Source: Malacoraja senta
Taxonomy: Eukaryota
Reading direction: 5' to 3'
DNA length: 64,000 nt
NCBI GenBank assembly: GCA_038087875.1
Contig: CM075992.1
Coordinates: forward strand, 11,162,001 to 11,226,000
Shown here: positions 25,741 through 39,071 of the stretch, piece after piece
Position numbering within the stretch: the stretch's first letter is position 1
Layout of the letters: every line of letters starts with the position of its first letter
Notes under the pieces: model-generated
Databases searched by the model: none
What the model was told of the DNA's origin: nothing
Seen by the model: the letters and a program-made list of their open reading frames with translations, nothing else
Translations under genes and position numbers: made by a program

Positions 25741-26257
25741 GTACCGCAGCTAATGCCCCATTTAATGTCTGCCTGTTATAGTTCCAGAGCTCAGAGACCC
25801 GTGTCCAATGTGACGTGTTTGAGTCCAACAGCAATGATGGTGTGTTTCCATTTCCAGCCCTCATTCCACCACACAGCTCAATGCTGCCACATTGGATGAT
25901 GCTGGAGTGGAGGATAAAGTCTGTCACTGAGATGTTGGGCTGAACGGCCTGTTCTTCCGTAGTAATTTCTAAATAAATCACTCTTGCTCCTGCAGACTTT
26001 ACAGATTGAAATCGAAGTATTTCATGGATTAATTCTGCTGTAGTTTTTAACAGGAAGCACAAAGACTGAGAACAACGGCCTTTTTACATCAAGGAAACAA
26101 ATGATATTTGGTGAAATGTTTCAGATGCAAATTAAGCAACCGAAGGAAACTAGAAACGCAAACTAGTAAACAAGGAAGGCTTGGTGAATGGGTGCGAGTT
26201 GGTGGGGAGAGCGACACAGTTTCCGTGGCAATTTAGTGTTCAAGTCATGGGGTCAGA

Positions 26258-26494
26258 CATAAGTGCTGGAGAAACTCAGCGGGTGCAGCAGCATCTATAG
26301 AGCGAAGGAAATAGGCAATGTTTCGGGCCAAAACACTTCTTCAGACTGATGGAGGGTGGGGGGGGGGGGGGGGGGGGGGGGGCGGGGAGAAGAAAGGAAA
26401 AAGGAAGAGGAGGAGCCCGAGGGCTGACGGAGAGCTGAGAAGGGGAGGAGACAGCAAGGGCTACCAGAAATTGGAGAATTCAATGTTTATGCCG
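26258..26494 (-). mobile_element. Penelope pLTR fragment, specific to copy A
   Basis: Hammerhead-like motif at 26318-26344 and flanking repeat GTCATGGGGTCA. It is absent from the homologous site at ~47520. Confidence 0.75.
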
Positions 26495-27249
26495 TTATGG
26501 GGTCATATAGCACTGATAAGTCATGGGGTCATATTGCACTGATAAAGGCCTGTACCTGTCCAAGTGCCTTTTAAATGTTGTTATAGTACCTGCCACAACT
26601 ACCTCCTCTGGCAGTTCATTCATGTATCCACCACCTTCTGGGTGAAAATGTTGCCCCTCAGGGTTTGTGTAAAACCTTGTCTCTCCCAACTTAACCTTAT
26701 GTCCTCTGGTTTTTGATTCCCCTAGGCTGAGTAAAAGACTACACATTGATAGTAAGATTAAACGAGAACTTACCAGTTTGAAGTTTGATCTTTATTTTAT
26801 GAGGAGTTACGGTGAGCGATTACGTGAAGAAGACCTGTCAGTGCGCATGTGCGTCAATCTTCAAAGCAGCGGCGTGAAATCACAGTAATTACAGTCGAAG
26901 TAACATAGTAAGACTCAGAAGACTAGAACTACCAGATGATCTTTGCGATTATGAGGGCCATGAGCGGTGGGCACGTAATCGCTCACCGTAACTCCTCATA
27001 AAATAAAGATCAAACTTCAAACTGGTAAGTTCTCATTTAATCTTACTTTTTTACTTCGGAGTCACGTGAGTGATTCCGTGAAGATTTCAAAGCTCTGTGA
27101 TTTCATGCCGTAGATACAGCCCATAACGACACACTGCTTCAGTTGTCACAGGATAAATAAATAATGCATTCAACATTGTTTTAGTTATGCTAGTTTGTGT
27201 TTTAATAACAAAAAGAAACAATAACGACCCCTCTCTCCCAAGGGGAAGA

Positions 27250-28220
27250 TTACAAAACAGAACCCAAATAGTGCGCCCAAATCCTTCTGTCGTGAGAACA
27301 GGTTTGTTGTAAAACCTTTGAAAAGTCCCTTCACTGGACCATCCTGCGGCCCCGAGGATTTGATCTAAAGTGCCCTCGCTGCGGATGTTGATGCCGCCCT
27401 GGTGGAGTGAGATTTAAACACATCAGTGTCCACTCCAGCACAACCTAAAACATGTTTCAGCCACCTAGACATGGTCTGTTCCAACACCTTTTTATGAGGT
27501 TTTTTGTGACTGATGAGCATCGTTGTTTCAGAGCCTCTAAGGCACTTGGTGACCTCAATATACTGACGTAAGTGCGTAACTACACATAGTCGCAGGTCAA
27601 TGGGGTATGCCATAAAACTCAGTTTGATCCCGGACGTCCCTGGCCTGCTTTGTTTGATTAAATCATAAACATAAAACATAATATTATTTACAGAAGAAAC
27701 CATGCTGTCCAGTCGTAGCTTTTGCAATGTCTGGACCCATTGCGCTGAAACAAGCGCCATGAGCATGACCACTTTAAGTGTGAGTTTTTGGATAGACAGA
27801 GATGTAATTGGAGCCCATTGACGAAGTAGTGTGAGAACTATGCTCACATCCCATATTTCCGTGTATCTAGGTCTAGGAGGGTTCTTGTTAAAAATTCCTT
27901 TCATGAATCGGGACACCAACGGGTGAGATCCGACAGAATGTTGTCCCGACCCTTGCCATAAATAGGAGGACAATGCACTCCTTGCACTATTTATGGCACT
28001 ATAACTCAATTGCTCGTCAAAGTGTAATGTGGCAGGGAACTCCAATACATCTGGTATGCTCGCAGTATGATAAGATATATTTGACTGTAGCAGTACATTT
28101 CCCATTTTTTAATATGAGATACATATTGTTTCTTAGTACTATCCCTCCAGGCCGCAGTAATCACATCCACCGTACAACCTGATAGTCCGAGCCCCTGGAA
28201 CGGTCTCGTCAGAATCTGCA
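27250..28220 (-). pseudogene. DIRS copy 2 tyrosine recombinase
   Basis: SAINSARSALS, KQSRP and HSTR motifs. The catalytic R appears as W (SAQW), and there are frameshifts and a stop. Confidence 0.9.
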
Positions 28221-29701
28221 AATCAACTGACATTAATACGATCATGTAAAGGGTGACTCTCTCCTGTCACAGGGTGAACCAACAAGTTGCTGCATTTGGG
28301 GACAACCATAAACTGCTGTATTATTAGTCTCAGAACCAGTGGGAACCATGGTTGTGTGGGCCAGTCGGGGACTACCAAAACGCCTGAAGCGGAGTCCTGC
28401 TCAATTTTAGTGAGGCATCGACTGATGAGGCAGAATGGGGGAAAAGCGTAAAAGAACATACCACCCTAATGTAGCGAGAATGCATCCCCTGGATCCGGTT
28501 CCCATGAGACATATTTTGGTAACTGGTGATTTAGCCTTGATGCAAAGAGGTCATTGTCTGGCAATCCATACTGGGTGAACATTTTTTTTTTTAAACGTTT
28601 GGATTCAGAATCCATTCTCTGTTGTTGTTAAACTTACGTGACCTCCATGTTATCTCTACCTGGTAAGTAGATTGCTGTGACCCAGATGTTCCTTGCTATA
28701 CACCAATGCCAGATGAGGTTAGACAGGTTATCACATGATAACAACTTAATTCCACCCATCTGATTAATATATGCAACTGCTGTGGTATTATCAATCTGGA
28801 GCTGAACATGCAAATCATGCATTGTTGAGCAGTACGCTTTTAGGCCATATAATGCTCCCAACAATTCTAAATAGTTAATCCCATGCATCTGGAGGATTAA
28901 TGCCTCTTGCTCATCCCATCTGCCGCCGCAGATAGAATTGGTATCAGTGGTTCCCCATCCCGAAGCACTAACATCAGTTTGCAAAACAACTGAAGGTTGA
29001 TTCCTCAGAATGTCATTAGAGCAACGCGAAACATTTGTTATCCACCACTGCAACTCAGTGATAGCTTCAACTGGCAACTGCATAGGTCTGTCAAAATGAC
29101 CTGCACGTTTTTTGAGCGCCTGTTCCTTGGCTCGTTGCAAAATTTGATAACGTAAAGGGCCAAATTGCACTCCAGGGAAAGCTGCCACCAATTTGCCAAT
29201 TTGCCAATTTGCCAATAACACTAGCCACTCGTCGGATGGAGGGTTGCTGCTCATCAATCAGATTTCTGCAAGATTCCATTAATTATAATCCTTTGGCTTT
29301 AGGCAGAGTCACTAACATTTTAGTTGAATCTATGGTGAACCCCAAATAATCAATGATTCTTGATGGCTTCAATTTAGATTTAGTTGGATGGATGAGGAAC
29401 CCCAACCTCTCAAACATGTTTGGTAACTGAAACAGAAAATTCAGCTGCTTCCTGAGTGTTGCCTACGATCAGAACATCATCCAAATATACCATCACAATA
29501 TGATTCTGGACTTCCGGTGGCGCCATGTTGGATTAACAGTCGTGCACCTAGCTCCTCTCCCGAAAAATTTCACGATTTATCGTGTAAAATGGGTCCAGAA
29601 ATTGGGATTGGATTTAAAAACCTTACCGGAGCTTCTGGTCGCCGCGCTGATGACGTCATCATTAAGCGCGATGTTTTAAACGGTGGTTTAAAGCCCTTTA
29701 A

Positions 29702-30860
29702 ATGAATAAACTGTCTCCAGCTGTGAGCCCTCAGAGAACAGTGAAAAAGCTGCTGAGAGACCAGAAGAAGTCTGAAGCAGAAGTTACCTCTGAAGTCTCT
29801 GAAGTCTCTGAAGTGGCTGCAGAAATGGATACAAGAGCTAAGAAAGAGTTTGATGACTTGAAGAAATCAGTGAAAAATATGAAAGATGAGATTTTGGATG
29901 AAAATAAAATTGATGGAAAATATGAAGGAAAATATGGGAAATATGATGGAAAAAATGGAAAAGATGAAGGATTTAAATGCTGGTAATCAGAAGGCTATGG
30001 ATGCTAGCAATCAGAAGATGATTGATTCACTGGACATTATGAATAAACGAATTGAGGATGTGAAAGATGGACTATCTGGGAGAATGGACAAGATGGATGA
30101 AACTACTACGGACAGGTTCAAGGCTGTGCTTGAAACAGTAGCTGCAAGTATGCGCACAATTACGGAATTGGAGAAAAACACGGCTCGAGTGGTTGAAGAC
30201 ATGGCGAAAATGAGGCAAGAACATGAGCAAATGAGGCAAGAAAATGAACAAACTTCACTACAGATGGTGATTCAACTTGGTAAAGTCTCAGAAAAATGCC
30301 TGGACCTGGAAGCTCGCTCTAGACGTCAGAATTTGAGAATTCTTGGAGTCTCAGAGGGAGCCGAGGGGGAGGATGTGCGTGAGTTTGACATGGGCTTGCT
30401 TAAACAACTGCTTAATCTTTCCAAAGAACCGAAAGTCGAAGTGGCTCATCGTGTCCCACGATTTAAACAAAGATCTGGTGCGGGAAAAACGTATCCACGA
30501 CATATTATGGTGAAATTTCGGGATATTTTAGAACTGGAAGATGTTATGAGCAAAATCAAACACGGTGTGCAACTGCGGCTGGACAATGACACTATCAAGA
30601 TATTCAGGGACTACCGGTATGAAATTGTGCAAAAAAGAAACAAATTCGAGAAGGTTAAGGATCTTTTAAGAGGGAGAGAAAGGATCAGATATGGAGTTTT
30701 TTATCCAGCGAAAATGCGTATTTCCGTCAAGGGTTCTGAAAAGTCATTTGTCAAGCCTGAAGATGCGTTCAAATATGCCCAAACTATCGTTGAAAAATAT
30801 AAATCAAATGGGGGTTTGGCAGATCTGAACCATTCTAAGCAATGCTTTGTCTGGGGATAG
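29702..30860 (+). pseudogene. L1 ORF1 (coiled coil, RRM, CTD), one frameshift
   Basis: DLEARSRRQNLRILGVSEG, AHRV, YPRHIMVKF, IFRDY and YPAKMRI motifs. Confidence 0.92.
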
Positions 30861-31636
30861 CTAGACTGTTATCTTTGGAATGTTGAATCAAGGACACTTT
30901 CTGTTCAAAACGAGTAAACAGCTGAACAGACGGGAATGGTATATACCAGAAGCATTTAATTGTTCATTAGATTATAATATTAAAACCAATTGTAAGAACT
31001 TATCCTATTAACAACTTAATAAGTTATTCATGTTAGATTAGAATACTAACAAAAATAAAAATAAAAAATAACGAACTAACATACTAATATGAATTTTTAA
31101 TAAATTGAAACCTTATCTATAAGTGGGAGGAGGGGATGAGAAACGAGCACCTGGCTTAGGCCCAGGGGCACGTCTCGTTAACCCCTTCAACCAACAGTTG
31201 ATTCTTATTGAAGTCAAAAGTATCGGTTTAATAACTAGTAGTTAAAATTCCGATATATATATATGTTATAATGAAATATACAGGGTAAAATTGTATTATA
31301 TATCTGAATGTGAGGCCCCGTTTTAATATTTTAATATGTTATGATTAACCAAGAGAGCGGAGCTATTTGTGTAACAACGCAATGGAAGTCAAAACAAGGT
31401 TTTTTCCCACCTACAGGTGGGGCACTCGCTACAGTGCCGACTATATTAGACACTGTATTTTCACTTTTATTTTTTATTTTTTATTACCACATAAACTCAC
31501 ATGTTTGTGTTTTGTGTTTAGTGATAAGCGTAAAATGGTATACCAACAAAACTTAAAAATTCAAAAGTTCCCCCAATACCAAAAGACCTGGGATATGGAT
31601 GCACCACAAGATTTAAAGGTACTATAATTATTCAAA

Positions 31637-34600
31637 ATGCATGACACTAAACAAAAGAACCTAGGAGGAATCTCATTTTGTAGTTGGAATATAAGAGGTA
31701 TTAACGAACCTATTAAAAGGGGTAAGATACTAGCTCAGCTGAAACTGTACAATTCTGACATTATCTTCTTACAAGAAACACACTTAAAATCTCAGGATCA
31801 AGTTAGGTTGAGGGCAAAATGGATAGGTCAAACATACCATTCTTCATTCACTTCGAAATCTAGAGGCACGTCAATCATTATAAGAAAAGGTATACCATTT
31901 AAAGCAAAGAATATCATAACAGATATAGAAGGGAGATACTTAATAGTTAATGGAGAAATTCATGATACTCCACTTACCTTGGTAAATATATATGCCCCTA
32001 ACTTTGACAACCCCCACTTTTTCAATAAAATTTTCAACATAATTGCAGAGTTTAACTATCAAAATGTTATAATAGGAGGAGACTTTAACTGTGTTTTAGA
32101 TCCGTACTTAGATAAATCAAGCCAAAAACAGAGAGGGAATATGAAATCGAAAACTGGGGAACTTCACATTACTTATATAAACAATACTAATATAGCAGAT
32201 GTTTGGAGAATTGTTAATCCAACTGGCAGGGAATACTCATTTTATTCAATGGTACATAAGACATACCCACGTATAGATTACTTCCTGCTGGATACAAAAT
32301 TAATCCCTCAAACATTTAACCCAACATACCACACAAATTCGATTTCAGACCATTCTCCACTAACTTTCTTTTTAAAACTGGAAGGAATGTTTAAGAATAA
32401 ATCGTTTTGGAGATTTAATTCTCAAATTCTAAAAGATCCACAAGCGAGTATATATTTAAAAGAACAAATCGATGCCTTTTTTTCAAATAAATGATACTCC
32501 AGATATATCGTCTACTGTATTATGGAAATCTTTTAAAGCATACATTAGGGGTATTATAATTTCATATCAAGCTTTTCAAAATAAAAAGAATAAGAATGAA
32601 CAAAGACAGTTAGAAGAACATTAGACAAATGGATATAGATAATGCTAAAGATCCATCAATAGATAAACATAATAAAATAATAATTTTGAAATTTAAATTA
32701 AATAAATTATTATCTGCCAAACTTATAAGACTTTTTCAAATTACAAAACAAGAGCACTTTGAATTTGGGGATAAACCGCATAAACTTTTGGCTCGCCAGC
32801 TAAAAAAACGAGAAAAGGAACATACTATACTAAAGATTAAATCAGATAAAGGGGAATTATTAACAACACCGAAGGATATTAATAAAAGATTCGCGCAATT
32901 TTATGAGAATTTGTATACATCTAAAACGACAATTGATTCCAATAATATCACAGAGTTTTTGGATAATTGTAATCTTCCAAAGTTAGAGCTGAAGGAACAA
33001 GAGGAATTGGGTGCACAAATTTCAATTAAGGAATTAGAAGATACAATAAACTCACTAAAGAATGGAAAAACACTAGGCCCTGATGGATTTACTAATGAAT
33101 TTTATAAAAGCTTTTATGATAAAATAATACCAAGATTACAAAAAATGTACCAATATGCTTTTAAAAAACAAATACTACCTGATACATTAGCGGAATCAAC
33201 GATTCCGCTAATACTTAAGAAAGACAAAGATTTAGAAGAACCGGGTTCATATAGAGCTATAGCATTGTTAAACACAGATCAAAAAATATTAGCGAAAACA
33301 TTAGCTAGAAGATTAAGTAAATACATTGGTAAATTAATAAACCCAGATCAGACGGGGTTTATCCCTAAGAGATACTCATCTAACAATATGAGATGTCTAC
33401 TCAATATAAGCACTCACACAAATTTGAAGATCAAGAATTATCAATTATTTCGCTGGATGCTGAAAAAGCATTTGACCAAGTAGAATGGAATTATATGGAT
33501 AAAGTATTACAAAAATTCCAACTGGGAGAGAATTTTATTCTATGGATCAAGTTACTATATAATAAACCTACAGCTAGAATACTAACTAATAACATATTAT
33601 CCTCGAAATTCCAACTATCAAGGGGAAATAGACAAGGATGCTCATTATCACCACAGCTGTTTGCTCTCATTATTGAACCGCTAGCAGAAAAAATTAGAAT
33701 ACACCCTGATATCCATGGATATAATACTAAAGATTCATATAATAAAATATCTTTATACGCGGATGATATATTACTGTACATTACAAAACCTCAAATCACT
33801 ATACCAAATATATTAAATTTAATTGAAGACTTTGGATCTTTTTCTGGATATAGAATAAATTGGAATAAAAGTGAAATTATGTCAATAAAACCGAAAGATT
33901 CAACCACATCTTTTAAAATTCCCTTTTAAAATAGCTACAGAAAAATTTAAATACTTGGGAATCGAAATTACTAGAACATATCAAGGTATGTTTAAGGCAA
34001 ATTTTGATCCCCTACTTAATAAATTAAACACACTAATTAAATTCTGGAAAACGCTCCCGATGTCTTTAATAGGCCGAATAAATGCAATAAAAATGATTTT
34101 TCTACCACAAATTTTATACCTATTTCAATCGATTCCTATATACTTACCAAAGAAGTTTTTTTAAAAACTCGACTCAGATATCACTAATTTTATATGGGAC
34201 TATAAATCACATAGAATACAAAAAACTCATCTGAATAAACCTAAAGTATTAGGGGGTTTAGCACTACCAAATTGTATGTATTATTATTGGTCAGTAAATA
34301 TTAAAAATATGATTCAACTGATGGATAACTCCGCCCAGCAAGTGGACTGGATTGTAATGGAGAAAGAGGATTGCTCCTCTGGAAACATTGGAGCGATCCT
34401 CCTCTCTCCAATGAAACTGAATAATATAAATGATAATAAGAACCCAATTATTCATAGTACAATCCGAATTTGGAAACAAATAAAACAAAATTTAAAATTA
34501 AGAAATGTATCACTTTTATTACCCATAGTTAATAACCCTTCGTTTAATCCCTCTATTATAGATAAAGCTTTTACACATTGGGATAGACTAGGAATTAAAA

Positions 34601-35427
34601 CGCTCGGTGACTTGTATGAAACTGGAAAATTACTTTCATTTCAACAATTACAAATAAAATATAAACTCGGAAATAATCAACATTTTAAATATTTTCAAAT
34701 ATGCGACTATTTGAAAAAAAATACAAAAGATCATTATAATAACCCAGCAGATGTATTGGATGAGGCAATGCCGATAAAAGCTGAATCAGCAAACTTAATA
34801 TCATATTTGTATAATAGTATCTTAAATGTACAAATACCATCTACGGAGGGTGTCAGAAGAGACTGGGAAGAAGAGTTAGCTATTAAAATTTCAAAGGAAA
34901 GTTGGAATGAACACTTATTAAACGTGCATAAATGTTCGATTAATGTAAGACACACTTTAATACAATTTAAAATTTTACATAGATTATATTATTCCAAAAC
35001 TAAAATTCATAAAATTTTCCCAAATGTATCATCTATTTGTGATAAATGTCAATCCCAAGAAGCTACTATAGCGCACTCATTCATTTTCTGTACAAAAATT
35101 CAAAAATTTTGGAATGAAATTTTCGAAATCTTTACAAAATTATTTAAAATAAGACTGATACCCAAAGCAGAATGGATTATCTTCGGAATAACGGAAGATG
35201 GTCCAGAACTAAATGTGTTTCAAAAGAAACTAATAGACTATGGGTTAATAACTGGAAAAAAGCTAATTCTAAAATTTTGGAAGAAGGCTCCAATACCAAC
35301 TATAAACATGTGGATTTCAAATATGTTCGAAACATTACACCTAGAAGAGATAAGACTCCTCCTAGCAGGTAAACCAGATCAATTCCACCTGACGTGGTCT
35401 GCATTTATAGAATTATTACAAATATAG
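31637..35427 (+). pseudogene. L1 ORF2 (APE endonuclease, RT, CCHC), frameshifted
   Basis: SWNIRG, LQETH, GGDFN, SDH, GPDGF, LDAEKAFD, QGC, YADD and CDKC..HSFIFC motifs. Confidence 0.95.
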
Positions 35428-36378
35428 GGTGCAAAGGTGCCTTAAAAAAAATTGAGGTCAGGTAATGGGGGATGATAGTTGAAGAGTTGGTATGTCCCAT
35501 TTGCGTAATGCTCACAAAAAAATATTTGTTTCTCTCTTTTTCCTCTTTCTCTTTCTCCTTCTTTTCTAGGGTCTATTTCTTAACTCTTTTTCTTTTGTTT
35601 TTAATTTTGTTCTTATAAGGTCTTCGTCCTTTTTAGTTGTCACATTTTCTACACTCTCACTTTTTCCTTCACTTTCTTCTTTCTTTCAATCTTATCCTTT
35701 CCTTTTACTAGTGTAAAAAACAAATGGAGTACATTAATTGTAAGAAGACATAAGTGACGAGGACTAATGTATGTGGTTGTAATGTAATGTACTTCTAATA
35801 AATTAAAAAAAAAACAAAAAAAAAAAACAATATGATTCTGAGCCCGAAGTAGCCCCAATATCGGTTTCAACAATTTTGTTAATAACCTAGGGGCTGAGGT
35901 TAACCCATTAGGTAAAGCTTTAAACTGTCACAGCTGTCTCATCCAACTAAATTTCAAATATCTACGGTATTTGTGATGAATTGGTACTGAATAATATGCA
36001 TCTTTCAGATCTATACTTGCCATATAACATCCTTTCGAAACCAATTTGCTTAGCAGTACCGAATGTTTCCATTTTAAAATGTTTATACTGGACATAGGAA
36101 TTCAGTCGGAATAGATCAAGAATGACTTTACACCCACCATCCTTCTTTTGCTTGGGAAATATATTAGACACAAACTGCTGAGGCTGATGAATCGTTTTTT
36201 CAATTACACCTTTTGTGAATAATGTTTCAATTTCATCATTTACCTGCAAAGTTTCTGGTTTTGAAAATACCAATTGCCGACTTGGTGTAAGTTGAGTGGG
36301 TGGGTGTAATTCAAAGATAAACTCAATTCGAAAACCCTGAATGCTGTCCAGTATAAATGGACCTGATGTTATGCAGCA

Positions 36379-37730
36379 TCATTCATACTGAAACAATTGC
36401 AATCTACCCCCTACTGGTGACTGGTCTATAGAGGATATGTCCTGGACAAGCCCAGCTGCTCGTACCTCCATAGTTGCTGGGTTCTTTTGCCTCCGATATT
36501 TCGTGGGAATATACACTGGTGCTCGCCAATAGCGTAGTGATGGGGAACCCCGGCTTGGTCCTTGCCCTGCACCAGCGTCTGTGACCCGTCTGAAGGGGTA
36601 TAGTCGATGAGGCGGCATCTTGTTAGTCGGATGTGCCTTAATAAGGCCAATCGTCTTTGCCTCATCGTCTAAATCCTTGACTTGTTTAGCCGGGTCTTCT
36701 CCAAACAGTAAGTTTAGTGGCTGTATGTTCGTTGGCCTGCACAATGCTGCAAACTTCGGATTTAGTGTTGGTTTAATGGCGTTCTTTCTCAGGCAGTTAA
36801 TTTCGAAGTGGGCGTTACACAGCAGGGCCAACGTATCCTGCTGTGTGTCTGATAGTGGTGCCCCTTCGACTGATCGCCCAAATGCTATTATGCCTGATCC
36901 GAGAAGTTTTAAGACTTTCTGCAGTCTTATTTCATGCAATCGCATGGTTGCACCTATTTGCCCCCAGATAGCCTGATTCACAGTGGGCACTCTGAGTGAT
37001 GCACAATTTACACGTGTTTCGTAACGTTTTGAAGTTTCCTCCATTTTGTATTCTTGGAGCCGGTGAGAGGCCATATAGTTGATATTTTGAGCCAGATTTT
37101 CCTCCATTTCCTCACCAGCTCCTGCCGGTATGGCGAATCTGCATGCCACGTCCGGCACACCTGGAGCTAAGCTCTTGTGCCTTGAGGTATGCTCCTCTGC
37201 TATACCTCCAACTTCAGGGTCAGTATCATACTGCCCTGGCTCTCCCTGCTCTTGCATAAGGGAGGTATCATGCAGCCCTTGACATGGCGCTGCAGTTATG
37301 GCCCCCCATATAGACCCGCAGATTAATGGTTCCTCATGTTGGTACTGATCCTCCCTGCCGGAGGTTGCTAACGTGGTTTGATGGGGTGACCCATGAGAAT
37401 AGACTTCATGTTGCAACATGTTCTGCTGCTGCATCCTCTCTATGAGGTGCTCCATTTTGTCTAGGCGCCCCCAGACGTCTTTCATGGAAGGAGGTGAGTC
37501 TTCCTGGCCCGACTCATCAGAGCCACGGGCCTTACCGACTTCCTTTTAGCCTTCCTCCCTGTCGGAGTGGCTATGGTGCTCTGGGTTGGCACCAGAGTAG
37601 CTGCCCTGATTGATCTGCCGGCAGCTCTGGAGGTGAAGTGAGCGCCCGCCCGCTGACTGCACTCCCGCGGTCAACATCACTAATTTTCCCGGTGGCACTC
37701 CTCGTCCTCCCTCCAACAGATTTTTCCATG
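36379..37730 (-). pseudogene. DIRS copy 2 gag-like ORF1 running into pol start
   Basis: Homologous to 20896-21873 and continues into VGGRL, the pol N-terminus. Confidence 0.8.
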
Positions 37731-38310
37731 TTCCTGCTGGTCTTGTAACCAGCCTTACGGAATCAAGAAACATTCGCAGCTAAGTTAAAAAACTTACCTG
37801 AGAGTTTTTAACTTACCGCTGGTGGAGCTGCGCTCTCCAGCCCGTCGCCGCACCATGCGTCTGACGTAATGACGGACATGCGCACTGACGGGTCTTCTTC
37901 ACGGAATCACTCATGTGACTCCGAAGTAAAATCCTAACTATTCCACTCATGATTATACACCTATCATAAGATCTGATGAAGGATCTTGACCCATTCCTTC
38001 TCTCCAGAGATGCTGCCTGTCCCGCTGAGTTACTCCAGCTTTGTGTGTCTATCGTTGATTTAAAACAGCATCTACAGTTCCTTCCTACACATATTATAAG
38101 ATCACCTCTCAGCCACCTGCACTCCAAGGAATAAAGTCCTAGCCTGCCCAACTTTTCCCTATAGCTCAGCCCCTCAAGTCCTGGCAACATCATTGTAAAT
38201 ATTCTCTGCACTCTTTCCAGATTACCGATATCCTTTTTATAGCAGGGTGACCAAAACTGAACACAGTACTCCAAATGTAATAAAAAATAACTACAGATGC
38301 TGGTTTACCT

Positions 38311-38400
38311 GGCTTCCCGACGGGCCAAAGGCTTCCCGACGGGCCAGAAGTTTCCCGACGGGCCAGAAGCTTCCCGACGGGCAAGAGGCTTCCCGATGGT
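38311..38400. repeat. ~20-bp tandem repeat (GGCTTCCCGACGGGCCAGAA), 4-5 copies
   Basis: Direct inspection. It is absent from copy B. Confidence 0.85.
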
Positions 38401-38583
38401 CCATGGCTGTGGGCTGGGATCGCTGCTGGAGGCGTTTATCGAGGCGCCGCTGTCTCGATGCCTCCCGGATTGCAGCGTAGAAGCCCAGGTCGGGGCCCGG
38501 CCGGAGCCTCGCGGCTGACGGAGCCCGCGGCTGGGGCCTGGGTCGGCACCACGGAAGCGTGAAGTGGGGCATCGACAGAGTGA

Positions 38584-39071
38584 AAGGCCTGTCTCACGAG
38601 TCTGCGGTCATTGGCGGCGAAACGGGAAGAATCTACCGCTCCTGGGCCGCCATAGACCGCGCACTCGGTCAAACGCACAATTCCGGGGCCGTGCGGCGTT
38701 GTTCCCAACACTGCACGGGGCTAAAATAAAACCAACACTGTTCAAAAATATGTCCCTACCGCACAGCCTCCGCCAGCGAGGCACGAGTGAGGCACGGCCG
38801 CCGCCACAGCCACCACTACAGCGCCGCGATCAGGACGGCCGCCGCCACAGCCCCACAGATCCAAAATGACGTCATCGCAGTCGGCCCGCCCTTATTTTTA
38901 CTTACCGCAAGCACGTGGGACCAGCCGTACTTAAATCACTCGGCCCCCGCACAGCATCCGTGCGGCGCTCCCGTGGCATAGGCTCGGCGCTCTCACCGTT
39001 GCCGTGCGGTCCACTCTAGAGGCGAAGCCGCGCTTCACCGCCGATGAACGCAACACCATAAGACAGAGCCT
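38584..39071 (+). mobile_element. PIF/Harbinger-like GC-rich MITE, specific to copy A
   Basis: Imperfect TIRs AAGGCCTGTCTCAC and ATAAGACAGAGCCT, with a TGA TSD. The empty site in copy B is at ~48086. Confidence 0.78.

Larger units (their letters stand above)
29509..35826 (+). mobile_element. Full-length L1 (copy A), ~6.3 kb
   Basis: 14-bp TSD ACAATATGATTCTG (29495-29508 and 35827-35840), short 5' UTR, ORF1, long spacer, ORF2 and AATAAA plus poly-A. It is inserted in the DIRS RT. Confidence 0.97.
26749..37931 (-). mobile_element. Full-length decayed DIRS1-type element (copy 2), interrupted by an L1
   Basis: Termini resemble copy 1 (ATAGTAAGATTAAACGAG...CCGAAGTAAAA). ICR at ~26972-27085. YR 27250-28220, MT/RNase H 28223-29280, RT split by the L1, gag 36379-37485. 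Confidence 0.95.

Noticed and set aside
25556..26062. Possible host exon (AG at ~25969, GT at ~25744) with a vaguely Ig-like translation
   Set aside because: The acceptor end is an antisense CR1-type tail (GTTGGGCTGAACGGCCTGTT), canonical Ig Cys/Trp spacing is missing, and no partner exons were seen.
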